Shown here one piece after another: positions 21,656 to 32,961 of a stretch of 64,000 nucleotides of DNA. The notes beneath the pieces were generated by a model. That model saw only the letters and a program-made list of their open reading frames with translations, was not told the DNA's origin and made no database searches. Origin of the DNA: Nitrospirota bacterium (GTDB lineage Bacteria; Nitrospirota; UBA9217). The translations under genes were made by a program, and so were the position numbers. Location of the stretch: assembly GCA_963740085.1 (NCBI GenBank), contig CAVUCU010000001.1, positions 1,440,001 through 1,504,000 on the forward strand. Reading direction: 5' to 3'. Numbering within the stretch: position 1 is the first letter of the stretch; each line of letters opens with the position of its first letter.

Positions 21656-22648
21656 TTACAGCACGTCGCTCAATTCTATATTCCTGCTCTTCGCAAGGTT
21701 CCGCAGCTTGAGGATGGCCTGTTTCTCGATCTGCCTTACCCGTTCACGGGTGATCCCGAACTGACGACCGATGCTGTCCAGGGTCCGGGGATCCTGCGTA
21801 TTCAGGCCGTACCGGAATTCGATGATCCTGCGTTCCACTTCCGCGAGTCCGGAGATCCAGTTGTTGATTCGATCCTGTCGGAGACGATCGTCGATCGTTA
21901 TTGACGGGTCCGGTGCGTTCTCGTCGCGCAGCATATCCTGGAGCGTTTCCTCTCCCTCGTCGCCGATCAGCATGTCGAGTGACAGGGTCTCGCGGATCAC
22001 CTGCAGGACCGCACGTACGCGCGGAACGGTGATGCGCATTTTTTTTGCGGTTTCCTCGGGAGAGGGCTCGCGATGGAGCTGTTCTGTCAGCTTCCGCACG
22101 GTGCGGGTATATACGCGGGCAAGCTCCGCGACATGCACCGGCAGACGAATGATGCGGACCTGGTTCGCGATGGCCCGGTCAATGGCCTGCCTGATCCACC
22201 ACGTCGCGTACGTGCTGAACCGGAACCCGCGTTCATACTCGAATTTTTCAACGGCCCGGATCAACCCGATATTTCCCTCTTCGATGACGTCGGAAAAGGG
22301 CAGTCCCCTGTTGATATACCGCTTGCCGATGGACACCACGAGTCGCAGGTTTGCCTCGATCATGCGTTCGCGCGCTTCCGCGTCGCCATTCCGGACGCGT
22401 TTTGCCAGGGCCTGTTCCTCGGCAAAGGACAACAGCGGGGTTTTCCTGATCTCGGTTAAATATAATTTGGTCGCGTCGGGATTGGACGACGACAAATCCC
22501 CGCGGCTCCGTCCCGTCCGGAAACGACCGGTTTTTATCGAACCGTCGGCGATCCGCCGTTCATCGGGATTCCTCGCATCCTCCCCGTCCGAGGTGTCGGA
22601 GAACCGGTCTTGCTCCTCAGTGTATGCCGTCGCGGTGGTATCGCTCAT
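21656..22648 (-). CDS. Sigma-70 family alternative sigma factor (RpoS-like, lacks region 1.1)
   Basis: [48 protein letters not shown]; AAGGAGG RBS. Confidence 0.9.
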   Translation of the reverse strand: MSDTTATAYTEEQDRFSDTSDGEDARNPDERRIADGSIKTGRFRTGRSRGDLSSSNPDATKLYLTEIRKTPLLSFAEEQALAKRVRNGDAEARERMIEANLRLVVSIGKRYINRGLPFSDVIEEGNIGLIRAVEKFEYERGFRFSTYATWWIRQAIDRAIANQVRIIRLPVHVAELARVYTRTVRKLTEQLHREPSPEETAKKMRITVPRVRAVLQVIRETLSLDMLIGDEGEETLQDMLRDENAPDPSITIDDRLRQDRINNWISGLAEVERRIIEFRYGLNTQDPRTLDSIGRQFGITRERVRQIEKQAILKLRNLAKSRNIELSDVL

Positions 22649-22777
22649 GCGTCCTCCTTGATTGCTCATGTTTTCTGCGGCCTGGGCTGCAGGAATCATG
22701 CTGTTTCACGAAGCTCAGTACTTCCGGACCCCTGCGCGATCCGCGGGTCGATCATCTTGTCGTCACCATCTTTTCAC

Positions 22778-25700
22778 TCATCTGTCCAGAATCTCCCTCA
22801 CCTTTGTCAAAAGGTCTTTCGGTATGAACGGCTTGTGGATGAAGTCAAAACCGGCCTCTGTCAGGTCAGCGGTCTTGATAACATCCATGGTGTATCCGCT
22901 CGCAAAAAGTATTTTTATCCCGGGACTGACTTTTCTGATCGCCTCACTGACCTCTTTCCCGTTTTTCTTCGGCATGATCATATCAAGCAGGACGAGGCTG
23001 ATACGTTCCCTGTTCTCCATGAATTTTGTGATCGCGTCTTCGCCGTCCTTTGCGGTGATAACGCTGTAGCCGAAGGACTCCAGTATTATCCGCGTCAGGA
23101 CTTCCAGGGAGGCGTCGTCCTCGGCCACCAGGATAGTCTCATTTCCGCCTTTGACAGGGACGGCAGCCTTCGCCTTCTTGTCCGCGGATGCTGCTTCTTC
23201 ACTGAGAGGCAGGTATATTTTGAAAACCGTGCCATGCCCCGGTTCGCTGTAGACCTTTATGTATCCGCTATGCTGTTTTATGATCCCATACGAAATTGCG
23301 AGGCCAAGCCCGGTCCCTTCTCCAATGCCTTTGGTGGTAAAAAAAGGCTCGAATATCTTCTTCTCGAGTTTCCGCATCCATTCCCTGCCCTGTATCAGCG
23401 ACCGTGATAAGCGCATACCTTCCGGGCTTTCCATAGCCATACGCTGCAACATATTCATCATCCACATCCTCAAGTCCGGTTTTGATCGTCAGCCGTCCGC
23501 CCTCCTGCATCGCGTCCTTGGCATTTGAGGCAAGGTTTATCAGCACCTGTTCCAGCTGGCCGGCATCAGCCAGTACTATCAAAGGCTTTTCCGCAAGGTC
23601 CAGTTTGAACTCAATGCTCTCTCTGATAATCCGGACGAGCATTTTCTGAACGCCGAGGATAAGTTCATTGATATTGACAGGCTTTACTTCAACAACCTGT
23701 TTTCTGCTGAAGACAAGCAGCCTCTTGGTGAGATCCGCGGCCCGGTCGGCGGCAATAAGCACCTCGCTCATCTGTTCCCTTGAAGTACTGCCGGCTTCCA
23801 GCGTGTCCATGACCATGGTGCCATACCCCATGATCACATTGAGGATGTTATTGAAGTCATGCGCGATCCCCCCTGCCATTGTCCCGACTGCCTCCATCTT
23901 CTGGGAGTGGCGGAGTTGGTTTTCAAGCTTCTTTTGATCACTGATGTCCCTTACGATCTCTATCCCGGCCACGACATTCCCTTGCAGGTCCCGTAAAGCT
24001 GATGCGGTTATCTCGACGGACAGCGTGTCCGTCGCCGGTGGTCACAGACCGCTCCGCTTTGTGGATGCCTCCGTCCTTATAAGCCATTTCGACAGGGCAC
24101 CCCTCGCAAATGTGGTCCAGGTGCTCATATGCCGTGTAGCAGTGCTCGCCTATATGGTCTCCTCTGAAATCCTTCAGAACTTTATTCTGGTAGATAATAT
24201 GAAGTTGGTATCCTGGATAGTGAGTCCTTCCCCCATTGAGGCCATGATGGCCTCCAACCTGGATTCTCTTTCGTAGGCTTTTGCCAGCGCCGCTCTGCAA
24301 GTCTTTCTCCGTCCGCTTCCGTTCAGAGACATCACGAATATTACATTGTGCCAGCTTCGCCCTGTCGACCAGATAGATGTCCGCGTAGATATCCTCGCCC
24401 GGACTTGGTTTTAACCTGAACATCCTCGTAATTAAGAATGCCGTTCCGTCTCAAGGATTGCATTATCGCCGGAAAATCAGCTCGTATCGAGCGAGACACC
24501 GATATCCTGCAATTTTTTCCCGACGTACTCCCCTTCGGAATAACCCAGCAGTTTCTCGGCTGCCGGATTAGCCTGAACTATATGTCCTTCGCCTTTTTCG
24601 AGCAGCACTATCCCGTCGTCTGCGGTCTCAAATAGGCGCCTGTACCGCAATTCAGACTCTGCCAACAGGTCTTCCAGGCGCTTGCGCTCGGTGATATCTT
24701 CAAAGGCAAGAAGAATGATCCGCTCCTTCCCCTGCCCTCGTTTAATTTGCCGGGCATTCAAAAGCATTATGCGTCTGCCGATGGTGGCAAAATCGTGTTC
24801 AACCTCATAGTTGTCAAAGGTCGTCTTTTGAGGAAGGATTGTTTCCAGCAGATCCCGCAGCTTGGGGATATCCCATTGTTTATTGCCCAGATCATAGATC
24901 AGCTGTCCCACGGTCTCTTCCGGTTTTACCTTGAAGAATTCATAGAAGGAGCGGTTGACGGTGACCACCCTGAGGTCCTCGTCCAGGGAGATCAAGGGTT
25001 CACGCACGGTATTGATGACGCTCTCGGCGAATTCATGGGCTTCATCCGCGGCTTTTTTTATAACCACCAGTTCTTTTCGGGTTTTTTCCAGGCCGGTTTC
25101 TATCTCCTTACGCTCGGTAATATCCTCGATCGCCAGGAGGATGATCCGTTCCTTGCCCCATCCTCGTTTAATTTGCCGGGCATTCAAAAGCATTATGCGT
25201 CTGCCGATGGTGGTAAAATCGTGTTCAACCTCATAGTTATCAAGGGTTGTCTTTTGGGGAAGGATGGTTTCCAGAAGATCCCTCAGTTTGGGGATATCCC
25301 ATTGTTTATTGCCCAGATCATAGATCAGCCGTCCCACGGTCTCTTCCGGTTTTACCTTGAAGAATTCATAGAAGGAGCGGCTGACGGTGATTACCCTGAG
25401 GTCTTGATCCAAAGAAATCAGGGGTTCACGCACGGTGTTGATGACGTTCTCGGCGAATTCATGGGCTTCATCTACTTCGTCATTCAGAAACTTTATTCTG
25501 AGAAGCGACTTCACCCTGGCTAACAGCTCATGTTTATCAAAAGGCCTGGAAACAAAATCATCGCAGTCTGACTCAAGGGCTTTTACCCTGTCTTCGTTCT
25601 TCTCGTGAGCCGTGATCATAATTACCGGAATACGCCCTGTCTTTTTTTCCGCCCGCAATTGCGACAGTACTTCGAAGCCGGACATCCCGGGCATCACTAC

Positions 25701-25865
25701 ATCCAGCAGGACCAGATCGATATTATCATTGGAAAGTTTTTTCAGCGCTTCTTCACCGCTTGCCGCCTGGACGATTTCATACCCCCGTGGAACAAGATGC
25801 GCTTCGAGAAGTTTAATATTCGGGAGTTGATCATCGACAACTAATATTATTGGTTTGTCTTTCAT
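22778..25865 (-). pseudogene. Hybrid sensor kinase REC-PAS(n)-HisKA-HATPase-REC, split by several frameshifts
   Basis: Four consecutive ORFs: REC plus PAS repeats; PAS; AHDFNN and NAKDAM; FFTTKG..GTGLGL plus REC. Confidence 0.85.
24690..25472. repeat. Intragenic tandem duplication, period 426 bp (PAS module)
   Basis: TCTCGGCGAATTCATGGGCTTCATC at 25022 and 25448; near-identical 142-aa repeats; boundaries approximate. Confidence 0.85.
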
Positions 25866-25970
25866 CGTTTGTCTTTCATCGTCTGTCTCCGTTGCAGGTA
25901 ACTTTTCAGTAAATTATTTTTATTGATCCTCGCTTTTCACGTCGGAGTATTGCTCCCGGCGATTTTGCCG

Positions 25971-27455
25971 TCAATGTCCCGCGGCGCCGACCTTTCTGAG
26001 GTCGATATATCCCCGTTGAACGTCCACCGATACCAGCTGCACGCGGACGCGGCTGCCGACATCAACGCCCTCGAAACCCTGGACCAGCCGGCCTTCGACA
26101 GGGACCGTGAGAAGCCGCGCCCACGTCCCTTTATCAGCCGCGCCGGTGACGATGGCATCGAACTCCTCGCCGATCCGGTGTTCCAGCAGCATCGCCGCCG
26201 CGGATTTTCTGACCAGTCGCTCGACCTTGTTCGCGGCGTCCTCTTCTTCCGTGCAATGTTTGGCCAGGACGTCCAGTTCGTCATTGCGGTAAGGAGACGG
26301 TGTTCCTTCTATCGCGGCCTTCACCAGGCGCTGCGTGATGAGGTCGGTATACCGGCGATTCGGGGCCGTGGAATGGGTATAGTCCCTGACAGCGAGGCCG
26401 AAGTGCCCCGGGGCTGTGGCGCCCGGAAGCTCCGCGACATATTCGCCGGCGCCAAGAAGTTTGATGACGGAGAGGGAGAGGTCGGGGAATCGAAGGGGAT
26501 CGGCTGTTCGTTCCTTTGTCAGAAACGCTTCAAGCGCCTTTGGGTCCGGCTGATGGGGAAGCGTGAATCCCTTTTCTCCGGCAAGCTCGACGATCCGCTC
26601 CCATCGTTTTGGCGTGCGAACCACGCGGCGGATGGACGAAAGTTTTCGCGACGACAGATACCGGGCGGTCACGCCGTTCGCGGCTATCATGAAATCCTCG
26701 ATTATATCCTTTGCGCGGTTCTTTTTTTCCTCCACGAGACCGCGCAGTTCATCGCCTTCGAATACCGGTCTCGCCTCTATTGTTTCGAGGCTGAGGGCGC
26801 CGTGCACATGCCGGAGGTTTTTCATGACCTGTGCCGCCCTGTCCTGCATTCGCATATTCTCCTCAAGTCCCGGTACGGCGGCAAGGGCCGCGGGAATGGC
26901 TCCACTGCCTTCCAGCCATGCGGCAACGCTGTTATATGCCAGCTTCGCATGGTTGCGGACGAGCGCGCGGTAGATATCGGACTTCTGAAGGGATCCGGCG
27001 GCGTCGATGACCACTTCGATGACAATCGCCCGCCGGTCCTCCTTGAAACCGAGCGAAGTGAGATCGGTCGACAGCTTCTCAGGAAGCATCGGGAAGATCC
27101 TGGCGGCGGTATACACCGAGGTGGTATTATGGCGCGCGTGCTCGTCAATAGCCGATCCGTCTTTCACGAGCAGGTCCACGTCAGCCACGGCAACAAGGAT
27201 CTTTACGCGGCCTCCGGGCTGTGCCTCGGCCGCCGTGAGCTGGTCCAGGTCACGAGAGTCATCGTTGTCTATGGAAGCCCAGAGGAGGTTCCGCAGGTCA
27301 CGAACCGGTTTATCGCTCATGGTTGCAGGCTTCTTGAGGTGATCAAGCTCAGCGAGCGCTGCCTTTGAAAAGTCAGGGAGCAAACCCTTCTCAAGCATCG
27401 CCCGCCGGGCGATCTTTTGTAAAATTGGACGGTGCTGTTTGTCGTTGGCATTCAT
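25971..27455 (-). CDS. RNB-domain exoribonuclease (RNase II/R family, short form)
   Basis: SIDNDDSRDLDQL, IIEDFMIAAN, YTHSTAPNRRYTDL, C-terminal S1-like region. Confidence 0.9.
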   Translation of the reverse strand: MNANDKQHRPILQKIARRAMLEKGLLPDFSKAALAELDHLKKPATMSDKPVRDLRNLLWASIDNDDSRDLDQLTAAEAQPGGRVKILVAVADVDLLVKDGSAIDEHARHNTTSVYTAARIFPMLPEKLSTDLTSLGFKEDRRAIVIEVVIDAAGSLQKSDIYRALVRNHAKLAYNSVAAWLEGSGAIPAALAAVPGLEENMRMQDRAAQVMKNLRHVHGALSLETIEARPVFEGDELRGLVEEKKNRAKDIIEDFMIAANGVTARYLSSRKLSSIRRVVRTPKRWERIVELAGEKGFTLPHQPDPKALEAFLTKERTADPLRFPDLSLSVIKLLGAGEYVAELPGATAPGHFGLAVRDYTHSTAPNRRYTDLITQRLVKAAIEGTPSPYRNDELDVLAKHCTEEEDAANKVERLVRKSAAAMLLEHRIGEEFDAIVTGAADKGTWARLLTVPVEGRLVQGFEGVDVGSRVRVQLVSVDVQRGYIDLRKVGAAGH

Positions 27456-27601
27456 TGCATGTCCCTCTCACGGTAATTCTATTAATCTCAGCCCGGATAA
27501 ATCGGGCAATTGTTCAGCCGCAAAAGTCACAAAAAACGCAAAAAACAGGGTAATTATTCGGCTCTTTTTTTTATTCTAACGCGTCAAAATCAAAGGCACT
27601 T

Positions 27602-27690
27602 TCGCGCAGTGACGCGGAGACGCAGAGAAAGAGATCCATCCTTGCTCGGTTCTTCTTGTTATTCTCTGCGAGCTTAGCGGCTCTGCGCGA
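27602..27690. repeat. REP-like inverted doublet (CGCAGAG family)
   Basis: TCGCGCAGTGACGCGGAGACGCAGAGAA ... TTCTCTGCGAGCTTAGCGGCTCTGCGCGA. Confidence 0.7.
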
Positions 27691-27837
27691 GACGCCTTGC
27701 TTTTGCCTAAATAGATACAAAACAAGTACCCCGTTCTTGGTAATACCTCATTAATTTTGCTGATAACGATAATTGTTTCAACATCTTTTTTGTCTCTGTG
27801 ACTTATGTGCTTTGTGTGGCCAACTGCCTTTTATCGG

Positions 27838-28827
27838 TTAATAAGAAAAGGAGAGCCCTGCAAAACCCCTGCGTCCGAACTGATCGAATCGCATCAGGGT
27901 TTCTCCGTAGCCGTACCAGTACTGCAGATAAAGCGCAAAATTCGTATTCGGAAGCTGCTGCCGGAATTCCAATTCATATGAATTTTTGCTTTGAGCGCGG
28001 AATATCGGCGTTTTCACATCCAGTTGATGGTCCCGTAAACTTCCACCCCAGAGAAAGTTCCTGACGCTTACCCCGATCTCCCCCTGCCCCATGTAGTCGA
28101 GAAATTTATCGTTGCTGCCGATGGATCGAAGATAGGCAGTCTCATCGGAATAACCCGACGCATGCCAGAGTTTGACGTATAACATCGCCTTGTCCGACAG
28201 GAAGGAATTCGAATCTTCCAGTTTTTCCTTCGACTCGAGTCCGAACTTGATCAGAACATACTGCCTGTTCCAGCCCCGCGACTGGTCTCCGGCAAGACCG
28301 TTGGATTCGTGCTCGATGGGACTGATAACGATGTTGCGCAGTTTAAGCCGACCGGTGATCGTCGCGTTGACAGGATAATCTAAAAAGAACTCCGGGTTAA
28401 TATTGCTTTCCTCGAAAGGCCTGGACTGCTGCCCCACGTTCCAGAGCGTTTTCTGCGTATAGGCAACATAGGCCGGAAAAACATTGTACTTGAAGACATA
28501 CAGGTTCGGTTTCAGTACCTTGAACTTCATGCTTATCTGGAACTTGGCCTGTGCGTTGGTGTTCCCGGGCCAACGATTTAGTGAAAAATAATTCACCTTG
28601 TATGTGGCAACGGGACTGTCCGTTTTTTTCTCAACGATGCTCGTCTTTGAGGTGATTTCTGCTGCTCAAGGCTCGGTGTTTTCAGGATTCTCCGCGTCTT
28701 GCTGTTGAATTGCCGAATCAGCCTGTCGGGCCGCCCTCGCGGGAGCATCTGGTACAGAAAGCTCACCAGCGCCGCCATTGGCGGCAAAAAACAGAGCAAA
28801 CATAAACGCGAACACTAATTTGATCAC
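27838..28827 (-). pseudogene. Outer-membrane phospholipase A (PldA-like) with an in-frame TGA at 28666-28668
   Basis: GGAGG + GTG start and signal peptide in frame with KFQISMK, AYTQ, SRPFEESNINPE, EHESNG, GYGETL and terminal aromatic residue. Confidence 0.82.
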
Positions 28828-28855
28828 AAGACCTCCGAAGCGACAAAGGGTCTTT

Positions 28856-28936
28856 TACCGCTGAGACGCAGAGTCGCAGGGAAAATATTTTTATTTTCAG
28901 TATGCATTTCTCCGTGTCTCCGACACCTCAGCGGTA
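28856..28936. repeat. REP-like inverted doublet (CGCAGAG family)
   Basis: TACCGCTGAGACGCAGAGTCGCAGGGAAA ... TTTCTCCGTGTCTCCGACACCTCAGCGGTA. Confidence 0.7.
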
Positions 28937-28960
28937 GATGAACACTTTTCTATGACTTCA

Positions 28961-29356
28961 TTAAGAGTGCTCGGCCTCTGATTGCCCAAGCGCAGCCCTC
29001 ACAATTCTGACTAATTCTTCTGTCTCAAAAGGCTTCTGGAAGTACGCAAACACCTCATTGCTGAGTGACTTGATATAGGACTCCACACCGGTATGCGCGG
29101 TAAGCATGATTATCGGTATCTTCCGGTATTTTTTGTTGTCTTTGATCTTCCTGGACACCTGCAGGCCGTCCATCCCCGGCAGCATAAGGTCCAGCAGTAT
29201 GAGGTCTATCGTTTGGGTCTTGATCTTCAGCAGGGCCTCTTCCCCGGTTGCCGCGCTTACCACCTCGTAGCCTCTCGGAACGAGAATGTTCTCGAGCAGT
29301 TTGAGGTTCGCGGGTTCATCGTCGACACAAAGGATGATCGGCTTCTTCAGCATCAT
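28961..29356 (-). CDS. Single-domain response regulator
   Basis: ILCVDDE, LLDLMLPGMDG, KPF. Confidence 0.9.
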   Translation of the reverse strand: MMLKKPIILCVDDEPANLKLLENILVPRGYEVVSAATGEEALLKIKTQTIDLILLDLMLPGMDGLQVSRKIKDNKKYRKIPIIMLTAHTGVESYIKSLSNEVFAYFQKPFETEELVRIVRAALGQSEAEHS

Positions 29357-29360
29357 GTTT

Positions 29361-29729
29361 TTACCCCTGAATAATCTTTTTTACGAGCTCAACAAATTTT
29401 CGCGTATCAATGGGTTTCGTCACATATTCATCAAACCCGACCTTTAGTGCCTTTTCCCTGTCGCCTTTCATGGCAAATGAGGTGACGGCGATCACCTTCA
29501 GCCTGCTCAGTTCCGGCGTTTTACGCAATTCCGCTATCACCGCAAACCCCCCCATGACAGGCATCTGCAGATCAAGCAGGATAAGATCGGGCATGTGCTC
29601 TCTGGCCATCTTCAACCCGGCTTCCCCATCGGCCGCCTCCAGCACTTCGTAGCCATGATAGGTAAGTATCTGTCTCATAAGGATGCGGTTCTGCTCGTTA
29701 TCTTCTACAACAAGAATTTTCTCAGGCAT
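29361..29729 (-). CDS. Single-domain response regulator (DivK-like)
   Basis: ILVVEDN, LLDLQMP, AVTSFAMKGDREK, TKPID. Confidence 0.9.
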   Translation of the reverse strand: MPEKILVVEDNEQNRILMRQILTYHGYEVLEAADGEAGLKMAREHMPDLILLDLQMPVMGGFAVIAELRKTPELSRLKVIAVTSFAMKGDREKALKVGFDEYVTKPIDTRKFVELVKKIIQG

Positions 29730-31284
29730 CTTTTTTTCTCCTCTGTTTTACGGGAATGACAAAGGCAAAGAGGCTCCCTTTGCCGAACTCGCTCTCCACC
29801 CATATTCTTCCACCGTGCAAATCAACAAGTTTTTTTGTAAGCGCAAGCCCGAGCCCGGTGCCCTCGAACTGTTTATCATAGGGCGACGACAATTGAGCAA
29901 ACTCCTTGAAAAGCTTCGGGAGGTCCTCCCGCCGGATCCCTATGCCGGTGTCCCTGATGCTGATCTCTATATCCTGGGCCCCATTGATCTCCTTCAACAT
30001 TACCTGCACCTGGCCCCCGTCAGGAGTGAATTTCACCGCATTGCTCAGGAGATTGAACATTATCTGCTTGAGCTTCCTTTCATCCGCCTCGATCTCGATC
30101 GAAGGATCTGGTTCGAATTGAAGATCCAGCTTTATCCCGTGCCTCAATGCCTTCTCCCTCTGCATGACCAGGGATGCGTCAAGCAGCTCTCTTAAAGACA
30201 CGCTCTCCACGTCGAGCTCCATCTTGCCCGATTCGACTTTGGAGAGATCGAGGATGTCGTTGATAAGGCTGAGCAGGTGCCTTCCCGCCTTGAGGATGTA
30301 CATCACATTTTCGCGCTGCGACTCATTCAGCGTTCCGAGCAGTTGGTCCTCCAGGACCTCCGAAAAACCGATTATAGAATTAAGAGGGGTCCGGAGCTCA
30401 TGGCTCATGTTGGCAAGGAAATCGGACTTGGCCATTGTTGCTGACTCGGCCTCGAATTGCGCCTTCTTCGCGTCCCGTGTTCGTTCCGCCAATTCCCGTT
30501 CCAGCCTCATTTTTTCCGTGACGTCTTCTATTGCCAGGAGGATCAGCTGGGAACCGCTCTCCTCCTGAGCGATCCGGCGGGCATTGAGCAGCATGACTTT
30601 GTGCCCGATGCTTGAGAACACATGCTCAACCTCATAGTCATCGAACTTGTTGTCCTTAGGAAGGATCTCTTCAAGCAGCGTCCGAAGCCCGGGAATGTCC
30701 CATTGCCGGTTTCCGAGGTCATAGATAAGATTTCCGATCGTTTCCCCCGGTGTCACCCTGAAAGAATCATAGAAGCTGCGGTTGGCCTTGAGGACCCTCA
30801 GGTCTGAATCCAGCACCAGCAGGGGTTCACGCACGGTCTCAATAATATCTTCATTGGCCCTTGTTGCGGCCTCGGCATCGAATTGCGCCTTCTTCGCGTC
30901 TCGTGTCCGTTCCGCCAATTCTTTTTCCAGGCGCATTTTTTCAGTGATATCTTCTATGGCCAGGAGGATCAGCTGAGGACCGCTTTCTGCTTGAATGATG
31001 CGGCGGGCATTGAGCAGCATTATCTTGTGCCCGATGCTTGAAAATACATGTTCAACTTTATAGTCGTCGAACTTGTTATTATTGGGAAGCATCTCTTCAA
31101 GCAGCGTCCGAAGGCTGGGAATGTCCCACTGCCGGTTTCCGAGATCATAGATCAGGTTGCCCACCGTTTCCTTCGGCAGTACCTTGAAGGATTCATAAAA
31201 ACTACGGCTGGCCAAAAGGACCCTCAGATCCGCATCCAGGACCACAAGGGGTTCACGAGCTGTCTCGATAATATCCTCAAACAT
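29722..31284 (-). CDS. PAS-PAS sensor histidine kinase
   Basis: SHELRTPLN, NLLSNAVKF, DTGIGI, GTGLGL; two 142-aa PAS repeats (426-bp period). Confidence 0.92.
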   Translation of the reverse strand: MFEDIIETAREPLVVLDADLRVLLASRSFYESFKVLPKETVGNLIYDLGNRQWDIPSLRTLLEEMLPNNNKFDDYKVEHVFSSIGHKIMLLNARRIIQAESGPQLILLAIEDITEKMRLEKELAERTRDAKKAQFDAEAATRANEDIIETVREPLLVLDSDLRVLKANRSFYDSFRVTPGETIGNLIYDLGNRQWDIPGLRTLLEEILPKDNKFDDYEVEHVFSSIGHKVMLLNARRIAQEESGSQLILLAIEDVTEKMRLERELAERTRDAKKAQFEAESATMAKSDFLANMSHELRTPLNSIIGFSEVLEDQLLGTLNESQRENVMYILKAGRHLLSLINDILDLSKVESGKMELDVESVSLRELLDASLVMQREKALRHGIKLDLQFEPDPSIEIEADERKLKQIMFNLLSNAVKFTPDGGQVQVMLKEINGAQDIEISIRDTGIGIRREDLPKLFKEFAQLSSPYDKQFEGTGLGLALTKKLVDLHGGRIWVESEFGKGSLFAFVIPVKQRRKKDA

Positions 31285-31438
31285 ATTAGCATCCCCAATC
31301 TATGACTTCTCTGGTCTGCCTCGCGCTACGCGCCGCGTAAAGCCCGGGAACGCTGTTGCGGAGAAACATGAGTTTTACAGGCGGCACGTTTTTCATTCGT
31401 GGTTCCTCCCTTGATGAAACCTCTGGTGTTATCGTTGT

Positions 31439-32899
31439 CTAATTAAAGGTTGCGTCGATCGTATGGTTCGCTGTCACGTTTATGAACGTGTACGAAGCCA
31501 CTGGACCTTGCGAAACGCCATCCACCTGAACATCTTTGATGGTATGTTTCGGATCCGGCTTAATCGTGAACGCCTTATCTTTACCGGAGATCACCGATAC
31601 CGTACCTGATGGATTGATACTTCCATGTGGGCCCGCAGTCGCTGTTATGGTGTAGTTGGCGGCTGTTGCCTGGCTCACCGTCAATGTGCCGGAAGCCAGG
31701 CCCGCCCCAAAGTTCCCCTGTGCAGCATACGCTGCGTTCAAGATATGGGTGCCCGCGCTCGGGCTGGTAATCGTGAAGGTGGTGGACCCGGCGATCAGTC
31801 CCTGCGTCGCAGTTGTTCCGTTGTCAACAAGCAATGACACGTTTCCCGCGGGTGTCCCTGATGCTGAACCGACCGTCACCGTCACGATGCCATTTTCGCC
31901 GTATGTCACGGCAGGTGCGTTGATCGTTATCGTCGTCGATGCCTGATTCACCGTGAGGGTGCCGGAAGCCTTGCTTTCTCCGAAGATGCCCTGCGCAGCA
32001 TACGCTGCATTTAGGATAAAGCTGCCCGCGCTCGGGCCGGGAATCGTGAAGGCTGCAGATCCGCCGATCAGGTCCTGCACGACCGCGGCTCCGCCGTCAA
32101 CAGTCAATGACACGATTCCCGCGGGTGTCCCTGCTGCTGAACTGACCATCACCGTCACGATGCCATTTGAACCGTATGTCACTGTAGGCGCGCTGAGCGT
32201 CATGTTCGTCGCTCCCTCGCCTACGCCTAAGGTACCGGAGGCCGAGCTTGCCCCGAAGTTCCCCTGTTCAGCATACGTTGCGTTTAAGGTATGGGTGCCC
32301 ACGCTTGGACTGGCAATCGTGAAGGTTGTAGACCCGTTGATCAGTTTCTGCGTCGTTGCCGCTCCATTGTCAACACTCAATGACACGTATCCCGCGGGTG
32401 TCCCTGATGCTGAACCGACCGTCACCGTCACGATGCCGTTTGAACCGTATATCACTGTAGGCGCGCTGAGCGACATGGTCGTGGGCGCCAGTACTGTTCC
32501 CGTGATGAAGATAAAGCCGAATGGAGTTGCCATGGCATTGCCGGCCGCGTCCTTGATTCCTCCATCGACCGTAACGGTATAGATCGTTCCCGGGTTCAAA
32601 CTTGACGCCGGCGTAAAGACAGCGGTCGTGTCCGAATACATGACCGATCCCCGGACATTGCCGGTTCCCGTGGAAAGGGTGATCGTTTGCTCGTTGATGG
32701 TCGAGGCGTCCACCGCTTCGCTGAACTTTATCTCAATGGAACTGTCTACCGCGACGTTCTGCGCGCCATTGGTCGGGCTGGTCAAGCTGATCGAGGGTGG
32801 AGTCGTATCAGCCGGCGGCAGCGGCCCCTTCCCACCGCATGCTGAAAGGACAAGAGTTGTCAGTGAGAGAATAAGTATTATGTGCGAATGTTTTTTCAT
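31439..32899 (-). CDS. Lipoprotein with Big_5 and three tandem Ig-like (Big_3-like) repeats
   Basis: Lipobox LSAC; DTTPP..SP..G..NV..D..I.I.FSE (Big_5); three ~90-aa APTVxYGxNG repeats. Confidence 0.8.
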   Translation of the reverse strand: MKKHSHIILILSLTTLVLSACGGKGPLPPADTTPPSISLTSPTNGAQNVAVDSSIEIKFSEAVDASTINEQTITLSTGTGNVRGSVMYSDTTAVFTPASSLNPGTIYTVTVDGGIKDAAGNAMATPFGFIFITGTVLAPTTMSLSAPTVIYGSNGIVTVTVGSASGTPAGYVSLSVDNGAATTQKLINGSTTFTIASPSVGTHTLNATYAEQGNFGASSASGTLGVGEGATNMTLSAPTVTYGSNGIVTVMVSSAAGTPAGIVSLTVDGGAAVVQDLIGGSAAFTIPGPSAGSFILNAAYAAQGIFGESKASGTLTVNQASTTITINAPAVTYGENGIVTVTVGSASGTPAGNVSLLVDNGTTATQGLIAGSTTFTITSPSAGTHILNAAYAAQGNFGAGLASGTLTVSQATAANYTITATAGPHGSINPSGTVSVISGKDKAFTIKPDPKHTIKDVQVDGVSQGPVASYTFINVTANHTIDATFN

Positions 32900-32961
32900 A
32901 GCGAGCCTGGTCGTCGCAGCGACCAAAACACTCCCTCTCTTGTTAACGAATAGGAGCATGG

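Noticed and set aside
25923-27368. 481-aa plus-strand ORF and other long antisense ORFs in the island
   Set aside because: Shadows of well-supported minus-strand genes in GC-rich DNA; no motifs
31600-32480. 270-bp DNA repeats as a mobile or regulatory array
   Set aside because: In-frame Ig-like domain repeats within one gene
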